Shown: in pieces, positions 30,572 through 39,572 of the stretch
Layout: each line of letters begins with the position of its first letter
Position numbering within the stretch: position 1 is the stretch's first letter
Source of the DNA: a virus
Strand: one strand, 5' to 3'
DNA length: 64,000 nucleotides
Virus record (IMG/VR): IMGVR_UViG_3300013132_000040
Span: 1 to 64,000 of that record
Made by a program: the position numbers and the translations under genes
The notes under the pieces: generated by a model
What the model was told of the DNA's origin: nothing
The model's input: only the letters and a program-made list of their open reading frames with translations
The model's database searches: none

Positions 30572-32709
30572 TGAGTATTTCTTCTATACATTTTCAAAAA
30601 ATATTGAACTCTATTAGCCGATACTATTACAGTAGCGGTATTAGGCCAACAGAGCAACAGATAATGAGGGATATATCTAATTATTTTTCTGAAAACTCAC
30701 TTGGTTCTCCATTGCGTTTTGCTTCTGGCATCTTTTCTGAAGACCTAATTGCCGATCCCGGCAATATGAACGATGCAGTCTCGAAAGCCATTGCTAATCT
30801 CGATTTATTGTATGAATCGGTAGCACAGGAAGTAAGAGTCTCAATGGATCTCAGCACATACATGAATACCCAGCTTGAAAAATTGCGAATTAAAAGGAAA
30901 AAACTAACAGCACAAATTGAAGAATATTTGTTTGCGAATGAAAACTCAGATGGCTATTTTTATAGTTTTCTAGATACATTTCCGGATTTAGATTATGTTG
31001 ACTTAAATTTGACTAGTGCTTTTGTGGACATAAAGTCTGGGTCAGTAACCTTGCCGGTTAATGGTGATACCACTCAGGTTTTTCTTGGATCATCTGTTAA
31101 GTTTTTGAGTAGTGAATTTTATGTTAATGGAGATCAAATAACTTCTGGTATTTCTAGGTCACCATTCGGGGGGTGCCTGGACGGATTAAGTAACACTTAC
31201 TGGAGCGATGAAGTGGTCACGTCGACTCCATCAGAGGTTGTTTGTATTTTAGATTTGGAATTAAACGCCCCACTTATTTCTAGCGTGGAGTACACTCCAT
31301 ATGGTACATCTGAGTCTCAAGTTTTTGTTGAAGTTGGAGATTTTCAAAGAAATTTTCAATCTTTTGGTTCATCAATAAAAACAGGATTAGATAAAATGAC
31401 ATTTTCTTTAGAACAAGTTTCCGCTAGGCATGTTCGCATAACCATTAGGAAAACCACTTACGACTATATTGTTCAAGCTGACACGGGCGTTAAATATCAT
31501 TACATATTAGGCGCAAAAGATATAGTTTTTATTGGGAAAAATTATGTTAATGATCGAATTTTTGTTAGTAAACCAATATCGGTTTCAAGCGATTTATTAA
31601 AAGATAATGTTCTAGATGCCGTTGCCCTGAAGGTTGATGAAGACATTCCCGATTTTACGTCTATTGATTATTTTGTTGCGCTAGATAATGGAACAAATAA
31701 TACTTCTGTTTTTGATTTTGACTGGAAAAAAATATCACCCTACACAGATGAGGGAAATGCATCTAACACGGTGGTTAGTTTTAATGGTTCTAGTAATATT
31801 TCTAAATATATAAGAAAAAATCCAGATTCAAAAGATTTAAGAATTATACCGGAGGATCGAAATAACCCTGACACTAGGATTCGGAATCCGTTTTTAAAAG
31901 ATGCAGTTGAACTTTATAGGCTTTGTGATTTTGGCCTTGAAAGACCATTGATACCATCATTAAGGCTGCAGGATGGGGTCAAGTGCCTTAAGGTTCTTTA
32001 TACAAACTTTGATCAAGATTCGTTATCTTTAGATTTTTGGGCAGATTATATAAATGGGTCAAAAACTGCCGAAATTATATACCCAAGAATAGATACCGCT
32101 AATGGCTTTTTTTGGGGTGGGGATATCGGAGAGAACAGTAAGAGTGTGTACATGGAAACAAAACTAGAATGCCCTAGTGCAAAAAGTGCGGGTGTGCAAA
32201 AATTTGTTAAGGTAGATTTAAATTCGCAGTTGTGGGCTATCCGGATTTACCTAAATGGGACTCAAATCGGCGACCTTCCTGTTGGCGTGAACGAATTAAA
32301 TATACCGTGGAATTTTGTTGAGGGAGAAAATACAATATCCATAACAGCTACTATACCCCGTGGTGGCGTGGTAGCCCGGCCTAACGAGGGCTCAATTCTT
32401 TTAATGCAAGATAATGATTTGTCGGATTTTGGCTCTGTTAGGTTGGCAAATTGGAATTATGTGGATATTTTCGAGCTACTAAATAACTCAAACACAAATC
32501 AAAATTCATTTGCGATTTATAATGACGCGGACAAGGTCCAGCTAGTTACTAGAAAAAAACCATCTGATAATTATTTTTTGAGTTACTCTACCGCTACGAG
32601 TAGCGTAAATCAAAAAGTGAGGATTAGGGCTGATTTTAAAAGGCCCGATAATAAAACATCAATTGCTCCAGTCCTCAACTCCTATAGACTAAGGTTTAGG
32701 TACGCATAA
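30571..32709 (+). CDS. Virion structural protein (paralog family)
   Basis: AFVDIKSGSVTLP; FVSKPI..TSIDYFVA..WKKISP; VRIRADFKRP..APVLNSYRLR. Confidence 0.6.
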   Translation: MSISSIHFQKILNSISRYYYSSGIRPTEQQIMRDISNYFSENSLGSPLRFASGIFSEDLIADPGNMNDAVSKAIANLDLLYESVAQEVRVSMDLSTYMNTQLEKLRIKRKKLTAQIEEYLFANENSDGYFYSFLDTFPDLDYVDLNLTSAFVDIKSGSVTLPVNGDTTQVFLGSSVKFLSSEFYVNGDQITSGISRSPFGGCLDGLSNTYWSDEVVTSTPSEVVCILDLELNAPLISSVEYTPYGTSESQVFVEVGDFQRNFQSFGSSIKTGLDKMTFSLEQVSARHVRITIRKTTYDYIVQADTGVKYHYILGAKDIVFIGKNYVNDRIFVSKPISVSSDLLKDNVLDAVALKVDEDIPDFTSIDYFVALDNGTNNTSVFDFDWKKISPYTDEGNASNTVVSFNGSSNISKYIRKNPDSKDLRIIPEDRNNPDTRIRNPFLKDAVELYRLCDFGLERPLIPSLRLQDGVKCLKVLYTNFDQDSLSLDFWADYINGSKTAEIIYPRIDTANGFFWGGDIGENSKSVYMETKLECPSAKSAGVQKFVKVDLNSQLWAIRIYLNGTQIGDLPVGVNELNIPWNFVEGENTISITATIPRGGVVARPNEGSILLMQDNDLSDFGSVRLANWNYVDIFELLNNSNTNQNSFAIYNDADKVQLVTRKKPSDNYFLSYSTATSSVNQKVRIRADFKRPDNKTSIAPVLNSYRLRFRYA

Positions 32710-33044
32710 TGAGTTTATTCTATGATTTGGTAGACAGAAAAAAGTGGATTTATCAACCAAATTTTTCGAGGTCTAGACAAAGATACAGGGGAAATAGAGA
32801 TAGCGCTAAAATTAACTTAGAAATTTCTCAGTTTGTTTTCGATGTTCATAACATTGACAAAAAAATAAAAGATTTACTACAAACCACCATGCGCTTTAAT
32901 GCCTACGTTGTTCGTGGGGCAACCATTGAGGGTGCGCAATACTCTGGGACACAGGACAATCAGATGATTGGATTACTTGAAATGTCGTCTGAAATTGAGG
33001 ATTTAAAAAATAGGATTCAGGAAATGGAGCGTAAGTATGTCTGA
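32709..33044 (+). CDS. Small coiled-coil virion protein
   Basis: RYRGNRDSAKIN resembles HRGPATSDNYN in the next ORF; translationally coupled. Confidence 0.5.
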   Translation: MSLFYDLVDRKKWIYQPNFSRSRQRYRGNRDSAKINLEISQFVFDVHNIDKKIKDLLQTTMRFNAYVVRGATIEGAQYSGTQDNQMIGLLEMSSEIEDLKNRIQEMERKYV

Positions 33045-34320
33045 CTCATTGTACTCCAAGATGGAGCATGCGCAACACAGGGGGCCCGCAACTAGCGATA
33101 ATTATAATCAGCGCGTTGAAAGGGCGTATAGGGATCTCGTAATGCTGCTAAATAAAGTCGGTCTTGCAGATGAAGACGCAAGGCTTAGATTTGTTGCATT
33201 AGCAAAGAATCATTTTTCTTTAATGAAAACATTAGAAGAATTAAAAAGCCGTATTGTAGCACTAGAAGATGTTACTGAGCTTGAGTCTGGTGAAGAAATA
33301 TCAAAATATAAACTTTTAACATTTTTTAATTCGTCATTAGATGAGTCATCACTTTTTGATAATACATCATTTGAAATAAACCAATCTAATAGGTGTTCAA
33401 TTGATTCGCGACATGGTGTAATGACTCTTCCTAAAATTTTTTCTAGTTCAATTTCAAAACTTGGCTATAAAGACCAGTACAACAACTTTATATTGCCCCA
33501 ATCTTTTGAGTCCCTCGCTTCGGGTGTTGCGGGGTCGGCTGATTCTGGTTCGGCCCTTATAAGCTCGTCAGATGTTTATAATAGCGTAAAAGACGAACCC
33601 GGAAAAGTTTGGGAGCGTAACGTTATAGTTAACACCGCTAACGTAAATGGCGCCAAGGTTAACTTATATTCCAAAGTTCCAGAAGATCTATCAGTTACAA
33701 CCAAGGCTAATGCAATTGTGGTGCACCCTTACCCAATGATGGGTTGCGATTTGCTTGGTGTTTATACATCACAAAGGCAGGTAATTAACCTAAACGAAAA
33801 CGACCAATATGTGCCTGTGAATTATCAAGACTTTTACGAATCTAACGCCGACTCTGTGGGGTGGATAGCTCCTGGGGCTTGGTCGGGTGACACCATCACC
33901 GCTTGTGGGCCAAAAATATTCTACTTTGACCCTAAAGAAGTAAATGCAATAAAAATTAGTTTAAGGCAAAATGATTATTATTTTGATAATAATAAGTATA
34001 TATATAGTTATGGTTTGTCATTTTTAGACTTAAGGTATGATAAGTTTTTAACTACCGGAAAAATTATGTTGCGTTTTGATGCACCTACGGGTAAAACAAT
34101 TAGCTCCATAGACAGTGTGCAGCCCAATATATATAATGTTTCAGAAGCAGAACTTCCATACGTTTTTTCTTATAGGGTTATTTGGGAAACTGCAGTTCCA
34201 GGTACGTACACATTAACTCCAGTTCCATTTTCTAGTCACGTATGGATAGAGGTCTCATTGAATGAGACAATCCGTTACGGAACTCCATCTCTTTCTGGTC
34301 TGAAAGTAGAGTACAGTTAA
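33037..34320 (+). CDS. Virion structural protein (short member of the paralog family)
   Basis: N-terminal coiled coil; IDSRHGVMTLP; YSYGL..YDK; VWIEVSL..TPSLSGLKVEY. Confidence 0.55.
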   Translation: MSDSLYSKMEHAQHRGPATSDNYNQRVERAYRDLVMLLNKVGLADEDARLRFVALAKNHFSLMKTLEELKSRIVALEDVTELESGEEISKYKLLTFFNSSLDESSLFDNTSFEINQSNRCSIDSRHGVMTLPKIFSSSISKLGYKDQYNNFILPQSFESLASGVAGSADSGSALISSSDVYNSVKDEPGKVWERNVIVNTANVNGAKVNLYSKVPEDLSVTTKANAIVVHPYPMMGCDLLGVYTSQRQVINLNENDQYVPVNYQDFYESNADSVGWIAPGAWSGDTITACGPKIFYFDPKEVNAIKISLRQNDYYFDNNKYIYSYGLSFLDLRYDKFLTTGKIMLRFDAPTGKTISSIDSVQPNIYNVSEAELPYVFSYRVIWETAVPGTYTLTPVPFSSHVWIEVSLNETIRYGTPSLSGLKVEYS

Positions 34321-34341
34321 TAACTTGTTACTATAACCATA

Positions 34342-34402
34342 GAGGATATGGGCCAGGGTAGTGCAGTTCCTTCCTTAGGGCCTTATAGTTACCCATATCC
34401 TC
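34342..34402 (+). promoter_or_regulatory. Structured intergenic element closed by a perfect 11-bp stem, upstream of the 34437 gene
   Basis: GAGGATATGGG (34342-52) is the exact reverse complement of CCCATATCCTC (34392-402); an AGGAG RBS follows at ~34423. Confidence 0.55.
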
Positions 34403-34436
34403 ATTATTATTTCTACATCTACAGGAGACAGCAAAT

Positions 34437-35051
34437 ATGGCAATATTCTACGTAGGCCCCAGAAGAGTCCTAAAAGGCCGCAATACGAACAATATGGTCA
34501 ACCCATATAAGGGGACTGCTGGTACATATTCTTACTATCCACTTTTCAGTACCGATCATGTACTTGATGGTGCGCCAAACACTAACTATGTACCAGGTTC
34601 TGGTGCGCATCCTCATGGACTGAAACTGAGTAGGGTATTTACCGGTTTAGAGGATAATATCCAGCCACTGAAGTCGGCGGGGGCGGGGCAGAGAATTGAC
34701 GGGATGAGATTCCGTCCATTTGAAAACCGCTCTACCACAGGTGCTGTAGTTTTTGACTCTTCCTTTGGCCACCAAATTAGGGACACTGAGTACTCGTTCA
34801 ATCGTAGGTACGAGCACACGTACAAGTTCCAGAGGATGTCAAATCCTGGTCACGGAATTCGCTACACAGACGCCGCAGGTACAGCTGATTCCTTTGGTGC
34901 TTTTGGTCCATTGGTTCGCAAAGGTGTTGGAGATCCCGCTTTTGCTTCGGACTTCGGCCAAACAGTGCCCGCCGGCTACGACAATGAATACGGAAGAAAC
35001 CGCGTAAATGAATGGCGTGGTGTTCCTGCTGGAAAAGCTTTGGACGTGTGA
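34437..35051 (+). CDS. Hypothetical G/Y/F-rich protein, possibly virion-associated
   Basis: Strong RBS; internal repeats FDSSFGH / FASDFGQ; no recognised family. Confidence 0.6.
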   Translation: MAIFYVGPRRVLKGRNTNNMVNPYKGTAGTYSYYPLFSTDHVLDGAPNTNYVPGSGAHPHGLKLSRVFTGLEDNIQPLKSAGAGQRIDGMRFRPFENRSTTGAVVFDSSFGHQIRDTEYSFNRRYEHTYKFQRMSNPGHGIRYTDAAGTADSFGAFGPLVRKGVGDPAFASDFGQTVPAGYDNEYGRNRVNEWRGVPAGKALDV

Positions 35052-35057
35052 TATAAT
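35049..35057 (+). promoter_or_regulatory. Extended -10 promoter (TGaTATAAT), likely leaderless start at ATG 35064
   Basis: Consensus TGnTATAAT with 6 nt before the ATG; no SD. Confidence 0.6.
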
Positions 35058-35063
35058 ATTCAC

Positions 35064-35336
35064 ATGGCAAGAGAAACATTACCAGCAGAAATAGCTTGGA
35101 TTGGTTTAGTAACCTATGTTTCTGTAGTGGACAGTTATCTGCTAGCTACAGATAAAGAGCCAATGACCAGTGCGTGGAGAAAAGCTTTGCAGCATCCTTT
35201 AAACCGCTGGTTAGTTATATTAGCTTGGGTTTTTACCACTAAGCATTTATTTTTTGGTAACGTCTTGCCAAAGATAGATCCATTTCGAGCTTTGGTTAGT
35301 ATAGCTCGTTTTACGAATAGAATCCTAGGAGGATAA
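35064..35336 (+). CDS. Small membrane protein
   Basis: Two hydrophobic segments; directly upstream of the holin. Confidence 0.6.
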   Translation: MARETLPAEIAWIGLVTYVSVVDSYLLATDKEPMTSAWRKALQHPLNRWLVILAWVFTTKHLFFGNVLPKIDPFRALVSIARFTNRILGG

Positions 35337-35651
35337 ATGACGGTAGATGTTGGTCTACTAGAAATTGCAGTATCAATCGTACTTCCACTTGTGGTTGGCA
35401 TTGTTGTTAAGCAGGTTGCACATCCAGCTGTTAAATCTATTACTTTGGCCTTTTTGTCTGCCGTAACGGCGATTGCCGCAACGGGACTTGGTTCTAATGG
35501 CGAGATTGGCACAAGCACAGTGGCTCAGGCAGTGCTAAGCTTTATTATCGCAGTTGGAGCTTATTACGGTCTTTGGAAGCCTACAGGTGTTGCTGAGACA
35601 GTAAATGCTGCAACAGGTAATTTTGGGATTACACTCAAAAAGGAATCCTGA
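35337..35651 (+). CDS. Holin, actinobacteriophage type
   Basis: Three TM segments; VLPLVVGIV..K..LAFLSAV..FIIAVGAYYGLWKPTGV; AGGAGG RBS. Confidence 0.75.
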   Translation: MTVDVGLLEIAVSIVLPLVVGIVVKQVAHPAVKSITLAFLSAVTAIAATGLGSNGEIGTSTVAQAVLSFIIAVGAYYGLWKPTGVAETVNAATGNFGITLKKES

Positions 35652-35654
35652 TAT

Positions 35655-35684
35655 TTGAGTTTAATGCAGAATTTATGTTAAAAT
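35655..35684 (+). promoter_or_regulatory. Sigma70-type promoter
   Basis: TTGAGT-18 nt-TAAAAT with a TGn extension. Confidence 0.5.
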
Positions 35685-35718
35685 AAACTCTGTGTTGGTG
35701 TTTTGATTCACATAATAG

Positions 35719-35756
35719 TTACGGTCCTATCGACTGCGGTAGGGCCGTAATTTATT
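35719..35756 (+). terminator. Intrinsic terminator-like hairpin
   Basis: TTACGGTCCTATCG/CGGTAGGGCCGTAA, a 14-bp stem with G-U pairs, followed by TTTATT. Confidence 0.65.
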
Positions 35757-35806
35757 CTAAGAGTAATTTTTGATAAGTTATAATACGTTTTGATGGAGTT
35801 ATAAGA

Positions 35807-36496
35807 GTGTCATTGCAACTTGATCCCCAAAATCAAGAAATCACTAAAGAAATAGCTATTAAATACTTGAATCTTTATGTGGGGGAATCAGACTGGGGCC
35901 GACATATAGATGCCTTATGGTTTAGGCTTTTAAAGAGGCATGGCGAAGAAGCGGCCAAAACCTTATTAAAAAAGACGATCGCTTGCGCAACACTCCTCCC
36001 TGTATATGACAGGACAAAAATACCAGACAACCCAGAGAATCTTCTTTTTTGGTGTCCGTCGTATCAGCAATTCAATGACGAGGATTGGACCAGCAAGTTC
36101 TTGGCGGTTATTCAAAGGGACGAAGAAATAGAGTCGTGGAGACTTGATTGTCAAAGGCTGGGGGTTGTGTATCCTATTGTTTACGCTCCTTGGCCAAGGC
36201 AAGCTTTTAATTGGTTATTTAAAGCAGCTGAAGAATCAGGTCATGTCAACGATAGTAATAAAAACTTAATTGAAAAAAGATTTGAAAGATTAGTTCTCAC
36301 TTACGGTGGACTAGTCATATGTCATATTTTTCAAAAAGAGGAATATAAAATTAAGAAGAAAGTCCTTAATTGGAGAACTGGTTATTTTTTTGAGAGATTA
36401 ATTTTCGAAATATATTCAATTGATCAGGTTTTGAAGATTAAGAAACAAGAATTATTAAAAACAAATAAGACGCTAGTTAAACAGATACAAAATTAG
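35807..36496 (+). CDS. Hypothetical protein
   Basis: 229 aa ORF; GGAG RBS; TATAAT at 35779-84 upstream. Confidence 0.65.
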   Translation: MSLQLDPQNQEITKEIAIKYLNLYVGESDWGRHIDALWFRLLKRHGEEAAKTLLKKTIACATLLPVYDRTKIPDNPENLLFWCPSYQQFNDEDWTSKFLAVIQRDEEIESWRLDCQRLGVVYPIVYAPWPRQAFNWLFKAAEESGHVNDSNKNLIEKRFERLVLTYGGLVICHIFQKEEYKIKKKVLNWRTGYFFERLIFEIYSIDQVLKIKKQELLKTNKTLVKQIQN

Positions 36497-36508
36497 GAGA
36501 ACCGCATT

Positions 36509-39500
36509 ATGTCTGTCAATCCACCGTACCTTTCTTTCAAGTTGCCAGAGGAGTTTATAAAAGACTACAAAAAGAAGACCGTTCCATGGGGTTTTCCAAT
36601 TGGTTCTGGTAACTCGTTGGGTGAGTTAACTTTCTTAACTAAATACAGCAGAAGAAAGGCCGATGGGGGTAAAGAGCGCTGGTGGGAAACTTGCGAGCGT
36701 GTTATAGAGGGTATGTTTTCTATACAAAAGGATTGGTGCAAGTCCAATAGGCTTCCCTGGAATGAGAGGAAGGCTCAAGCTACCGCCCAAGATGCGTACG
36801 ATCGTTTGTTTAATGGTAAGTGGACGCCACCAGGTAGGGGTTTGTGGATGATGGGGACCGAGTTTGTAAACGGTCAAAAGAACTCCGCAGCATTGCAAAA
36901 CTGCAGTTTTTTATCGACAGAAAGCATTTCTTCAAGAAGCGTACATGAGGCTGTATGGCCTTTTGTTAGGCTTATGGAAATGTCAATGCTTGGTGTCGGT
37001 GTGGGTTTTGATACGAAGGGCGCAGGAAAGCTTGAGATACATCAGCCCCTTAAAGAAGTAAAAACCTTTATTATACCGGATTCGCGAGAGGGGTGGTATG
37101 AGTCGGTATCTTTGCTTTTGGAGTCTTATTTCTTCGCGAACAGGCATAGTGTAGAGTTTGATTACGGCAAGATACGCCCTTCTGGTCAGCCGATCAAGGG
37201 TTTTGGCGGCGTTGCCGCCGGTCCCGGCCCCCTTATGGATCTGCATAAGTCGCTAAAAGAGCAGTTTGAAGGTAGGTTTGGTGAAAGAATTTCTTCTACT
37301 GATATTGTCGATATACAGAATAAGATCGGCAAATGCGTAGTTGCCGGAAATGTTAGGCGCTCAGCTGAAATTGCGTTAGGTGATTTAAACGACCAAGATT
37401 TTCTTGACCTAAAAAACTGGGAAGTAAACCCTGAACGTATGGGCGCAAATGGTTGGGGTCATACCAGTAATAATTCAATTGTTGCCAGCGTTGGTGATAA
37501 CTTTGATAATATTGCAGGCCGAATTGCGGACAACGGGGAGCCGGGAATTATCTGGCTCGATCTTTGCCGCGAGTACGGGAGGCTCGTTGATACCCCAAAC
37601 AATAAGGACTGGAGGGCAGCGGGCACAAACCCTTGCGTAACATCAGATACGTGGGTCTTGACTTCTGATGGCCCTAGGATGGTAGAAGATCTTATTGGTT
37701 ATTCGCCGGATATCATAGTGGATGGGAAGGCCTATAGCCCAGTTTCTGATGGGTTTTTCAGTACTGGAATTAGGGACGTTTTCGAAATTGTAACCAACAA
37801 AGGTTACCGGGTTAAGGTTACCGAAGAGCACCCAATTATGACCCCAAATGGGTGGGTGGAAGCAAAAGACCTTAAGTTAGGTGATTCTATCGTCCTACAT
37901 AACCATGGTAACTTCTCTTGGGATGGTGCCGGAGATAATGGAGACGGTTATCTGCTTGGTCTACTCATTGGGGACGGAACCTACATGGGCTACAGGGATA
38001 GGGCTACCCTATGTACATGGGGGGATGACGGTGTCGAGTCAGTTCGTGACTACGCTTATAAAGCCCTTTCTAGGTATGACGCCCGATCAGACTGGGGTGG
38101 GTGGTCAGGGCCATTTGGTAATGGGTGGTACCGCATGTCCAATGTCGCCTTGACGCAATTGGCTTCGAGGTTTGGGGTGACAGCGGACTCCAAAACCGTC
38201 ACTAGGCAGATTGAAGAGGCTTCATCCTCATTTTACGAAGGCTTTCTTTCGGGACTCTTCGATGCTGACGGCCACGTAGAGGGGAGTAAGGAGAAAGGTG
38301 TGACTATAAGACTTTCTTCTGTAGATTACGATATGATCCTGTCTGTCCAAAGAATGCTTTCTCGCCTTGGGATTATGTCTTCCGTTCATTGGACTGATCG
38401 TAAAACGGATTTTGGGAAGACAGATGGTTTTTGGAGGTTAATTATTTCATCCGAAAGTTCTGAAAGGTTCATGGGTCGTGTTGGATTCGTTGACTCTGAT
38501 AAGTCACAAAAGTGGCATAATCTCTCCGAAGGGGTGAATCATTACAATAAACCGTTCCAGGCCGATGTTGTCGAAATAAACCACCTGGGTCAATACGAGA
38601 CTTTTGATATCACGGTAGAACATATCCACGCTTTCGACGCCAATGGAATTTATGTATCAAACTGTTCCGAGCAGACTCTTGAATCCGGTGAATGCTGTAC
38701 TCTTGTGGAAAACTTTATTTCCAGGCACGATTCACTTGAGGATTTCCAAAAGACCCTTAAAGTTTCTTATTTATACGCCAAATCAGTAACCCTACTCCCA
38801 ACGCATTGGCCCGAAACAAATGCCATTATGCAAAGAAACAGAAGAATAGGATGCTCTGTATCAGGACTCGCTCATTTTGCTGAGATGAATGGGTGGACAG
38901 ATTTACGCAGATGGTTGGATAATGGTTACGACTACATTCAGGCTTTAGACACCAAGTATTCTGAGTGGTTGGGTTGTAGGCTATCTATTAAGACGACTTC
39001 GGTAAAACCATCTGGAACAGTTTCGCTGCTTTTTGGTGTTACGCCAGGCGTTCATTGGCCAACGGCCGATGTATATATTCGTAGGATGCGATTAGCCGCA
39101 AACGATCCGCTCTTGGATGCGCTACGTTTAGCTGGTTACCATACAGAGCCCGACGTCATGGATCCAACTCACAGCGTTGTTGTAGAACTACCAACTGTTG
39201 GTCCCGATGTTCGAACTGAGCGTGAAGTTTCCATGTGGGAAAAGACTGCATTAGCAATTCTCGCCCAAAGGTACTGGGCTGATAACCAGGTTTCTGTCAC
39301 GGTGACTTTTAAAGAAGATGAAAAATCTCAGATTGGAGCTTTACTGCGCTCAATAGACGGACAATTAAAGTCAGTGTCAATGCTCCCATTGCTCGAAGTC
39401 GGGGGCGCTTACAAACAAATGCCTTACGAGAGAATTGACCTTGAGGAATGGGAAAATCAGGTAGAAAAAGTGAAGCGTATTGATTGGGCAGATTATTACA

Positions 39501-39562
39501 AGGGAAATTCTTTTGACGCAGAAGGCGAAAAGTTTTGCTCAAACGATACCTGTGAGATATAA
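36509..39562 (+). CDS. nrdJ: Class II (B12-dependent, RTPR-type) ribonucleotide reductase, intein-interrupted
   Basis: WTPPGRGLW, ALQNC, LGVGVGFD, VAGNVRRSA, GEPG, GTNP|intein|CSEQTL..CCTL, TTSVKPSGTVS, DNQVSVT, C-terminal FCSNDTCEI. Confidence 0.95.
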   Translation: MSVNPPYLSFKLPEEFIKDYKKKTVPWGFPIGSGNSLGELTFLTKYSRRKADGGKERWWETCERVIEGMFSIQKDWCKSNRLPWNERKAQATAQDAYDRLFNGKWTPPGRGLWMMGTEFVNGQKNSAALQNCSFLSTESISSRSVHEAVWPFVRLMEMSMLGVGVGFDTKGAGKLEIHQPLKEVKTFIIPDSREGWYESVSLLLESYFFANRHSVEFDYGKIRPSGQPIKGFGGVAAGPGPLMDLHKSLKEQFEGRFGERISSTDIVDIQNKIGKCVVAGNVRRSAEIALGDLNDQDFLDLKNWEVNPERMGANGWGHTSNNSIVASVGDNFDNIAGRIADNGEPGIIWLDLCREYGRLVDTPNNKDWRAAGTNPCVTSDTWVLTSDGPRMVEDLIGYSPDIIVDGKAYSPVSDGFFSTGIRDVFEIVTNKGYRVKVTEEHPIMTPNGWVEAKDLKLGDSIVLHNHGNFSWDGAGDNGDGYLLGLLIGDGTYMGYRDRATLCTWGDDGVESVRDYAYKALSRYDARSDWGGWSGPFGNGWYRMSNVALTQLASRFGVTADSKTVTRQIEEASSSFYEGFLSGLFDADGHVEGSKEKGVTIRLSSVDYDMILSVQRMLSRLGIMSSVHWTDRKTDFGKTDGFWRLIISSESSERFMGRVGFVDSDKSQKWHNLSEGVNHYNKPFQADVVEINHLGQYETFDITVEHIHAFDANGIYVSNCSEQTLESGECCTLVENFISRHDSLEDFQKTLKVSYLYAKSVTLLPTHWPETNAIMQRNRRIGCSVSGLAHFAEMNGWTDLRRWLDNGYDYIQALDTKYSEWLGCRLSIKTTSVKPSGTVSLLFGVTPGVHWPTADVYIRRMRLAANDPLLDALRLAGYHTEPDVMDPTHSVVVELPTVGPDVRTEREVSMWEKTALAILAQRYWADNQVSVTVTFKEDEKSQIGALLRSIDGQLKSVSMLPLLEVGGAYKQMPYERIDLEEWENQVEKVKRIDWADYYKGNSFDAEGEKFCSNDTCEI
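37634..38662 (+). mobile_element. Intein (343 aa) with a LAGLIDADG homing endonuclease, at the RNR radical cysteine
   Basis: Begins CVTSDTWV; block B VKVTEEHP; GYLLGLLIGDG and FLSGLFDADG; ends TFDITV..AFDANGIYVSN before Cys+1. Excision restores GTNPCSEQ. Confidence 0.92.
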
Positions 39563-39563
39563 T
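39535..39563 (+). promoter_or_regulatory. Sigma70-type promoter overlapping the nrdJ end
   Basis: TTGCTC-17 nt-TATAAT, 9 nt before ATG 39573. Confidence 0.5.
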
Positions 39564-39572
39564 AGATATTTA

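Noticed and set aside
3-34320. Extracellular contractile injection system or T6SS
   Set aside because: It is contiguous with RNR, DnaE, primase, sigma factor and holin genes in phage-style packing, so a phage tail is more parsimonious.
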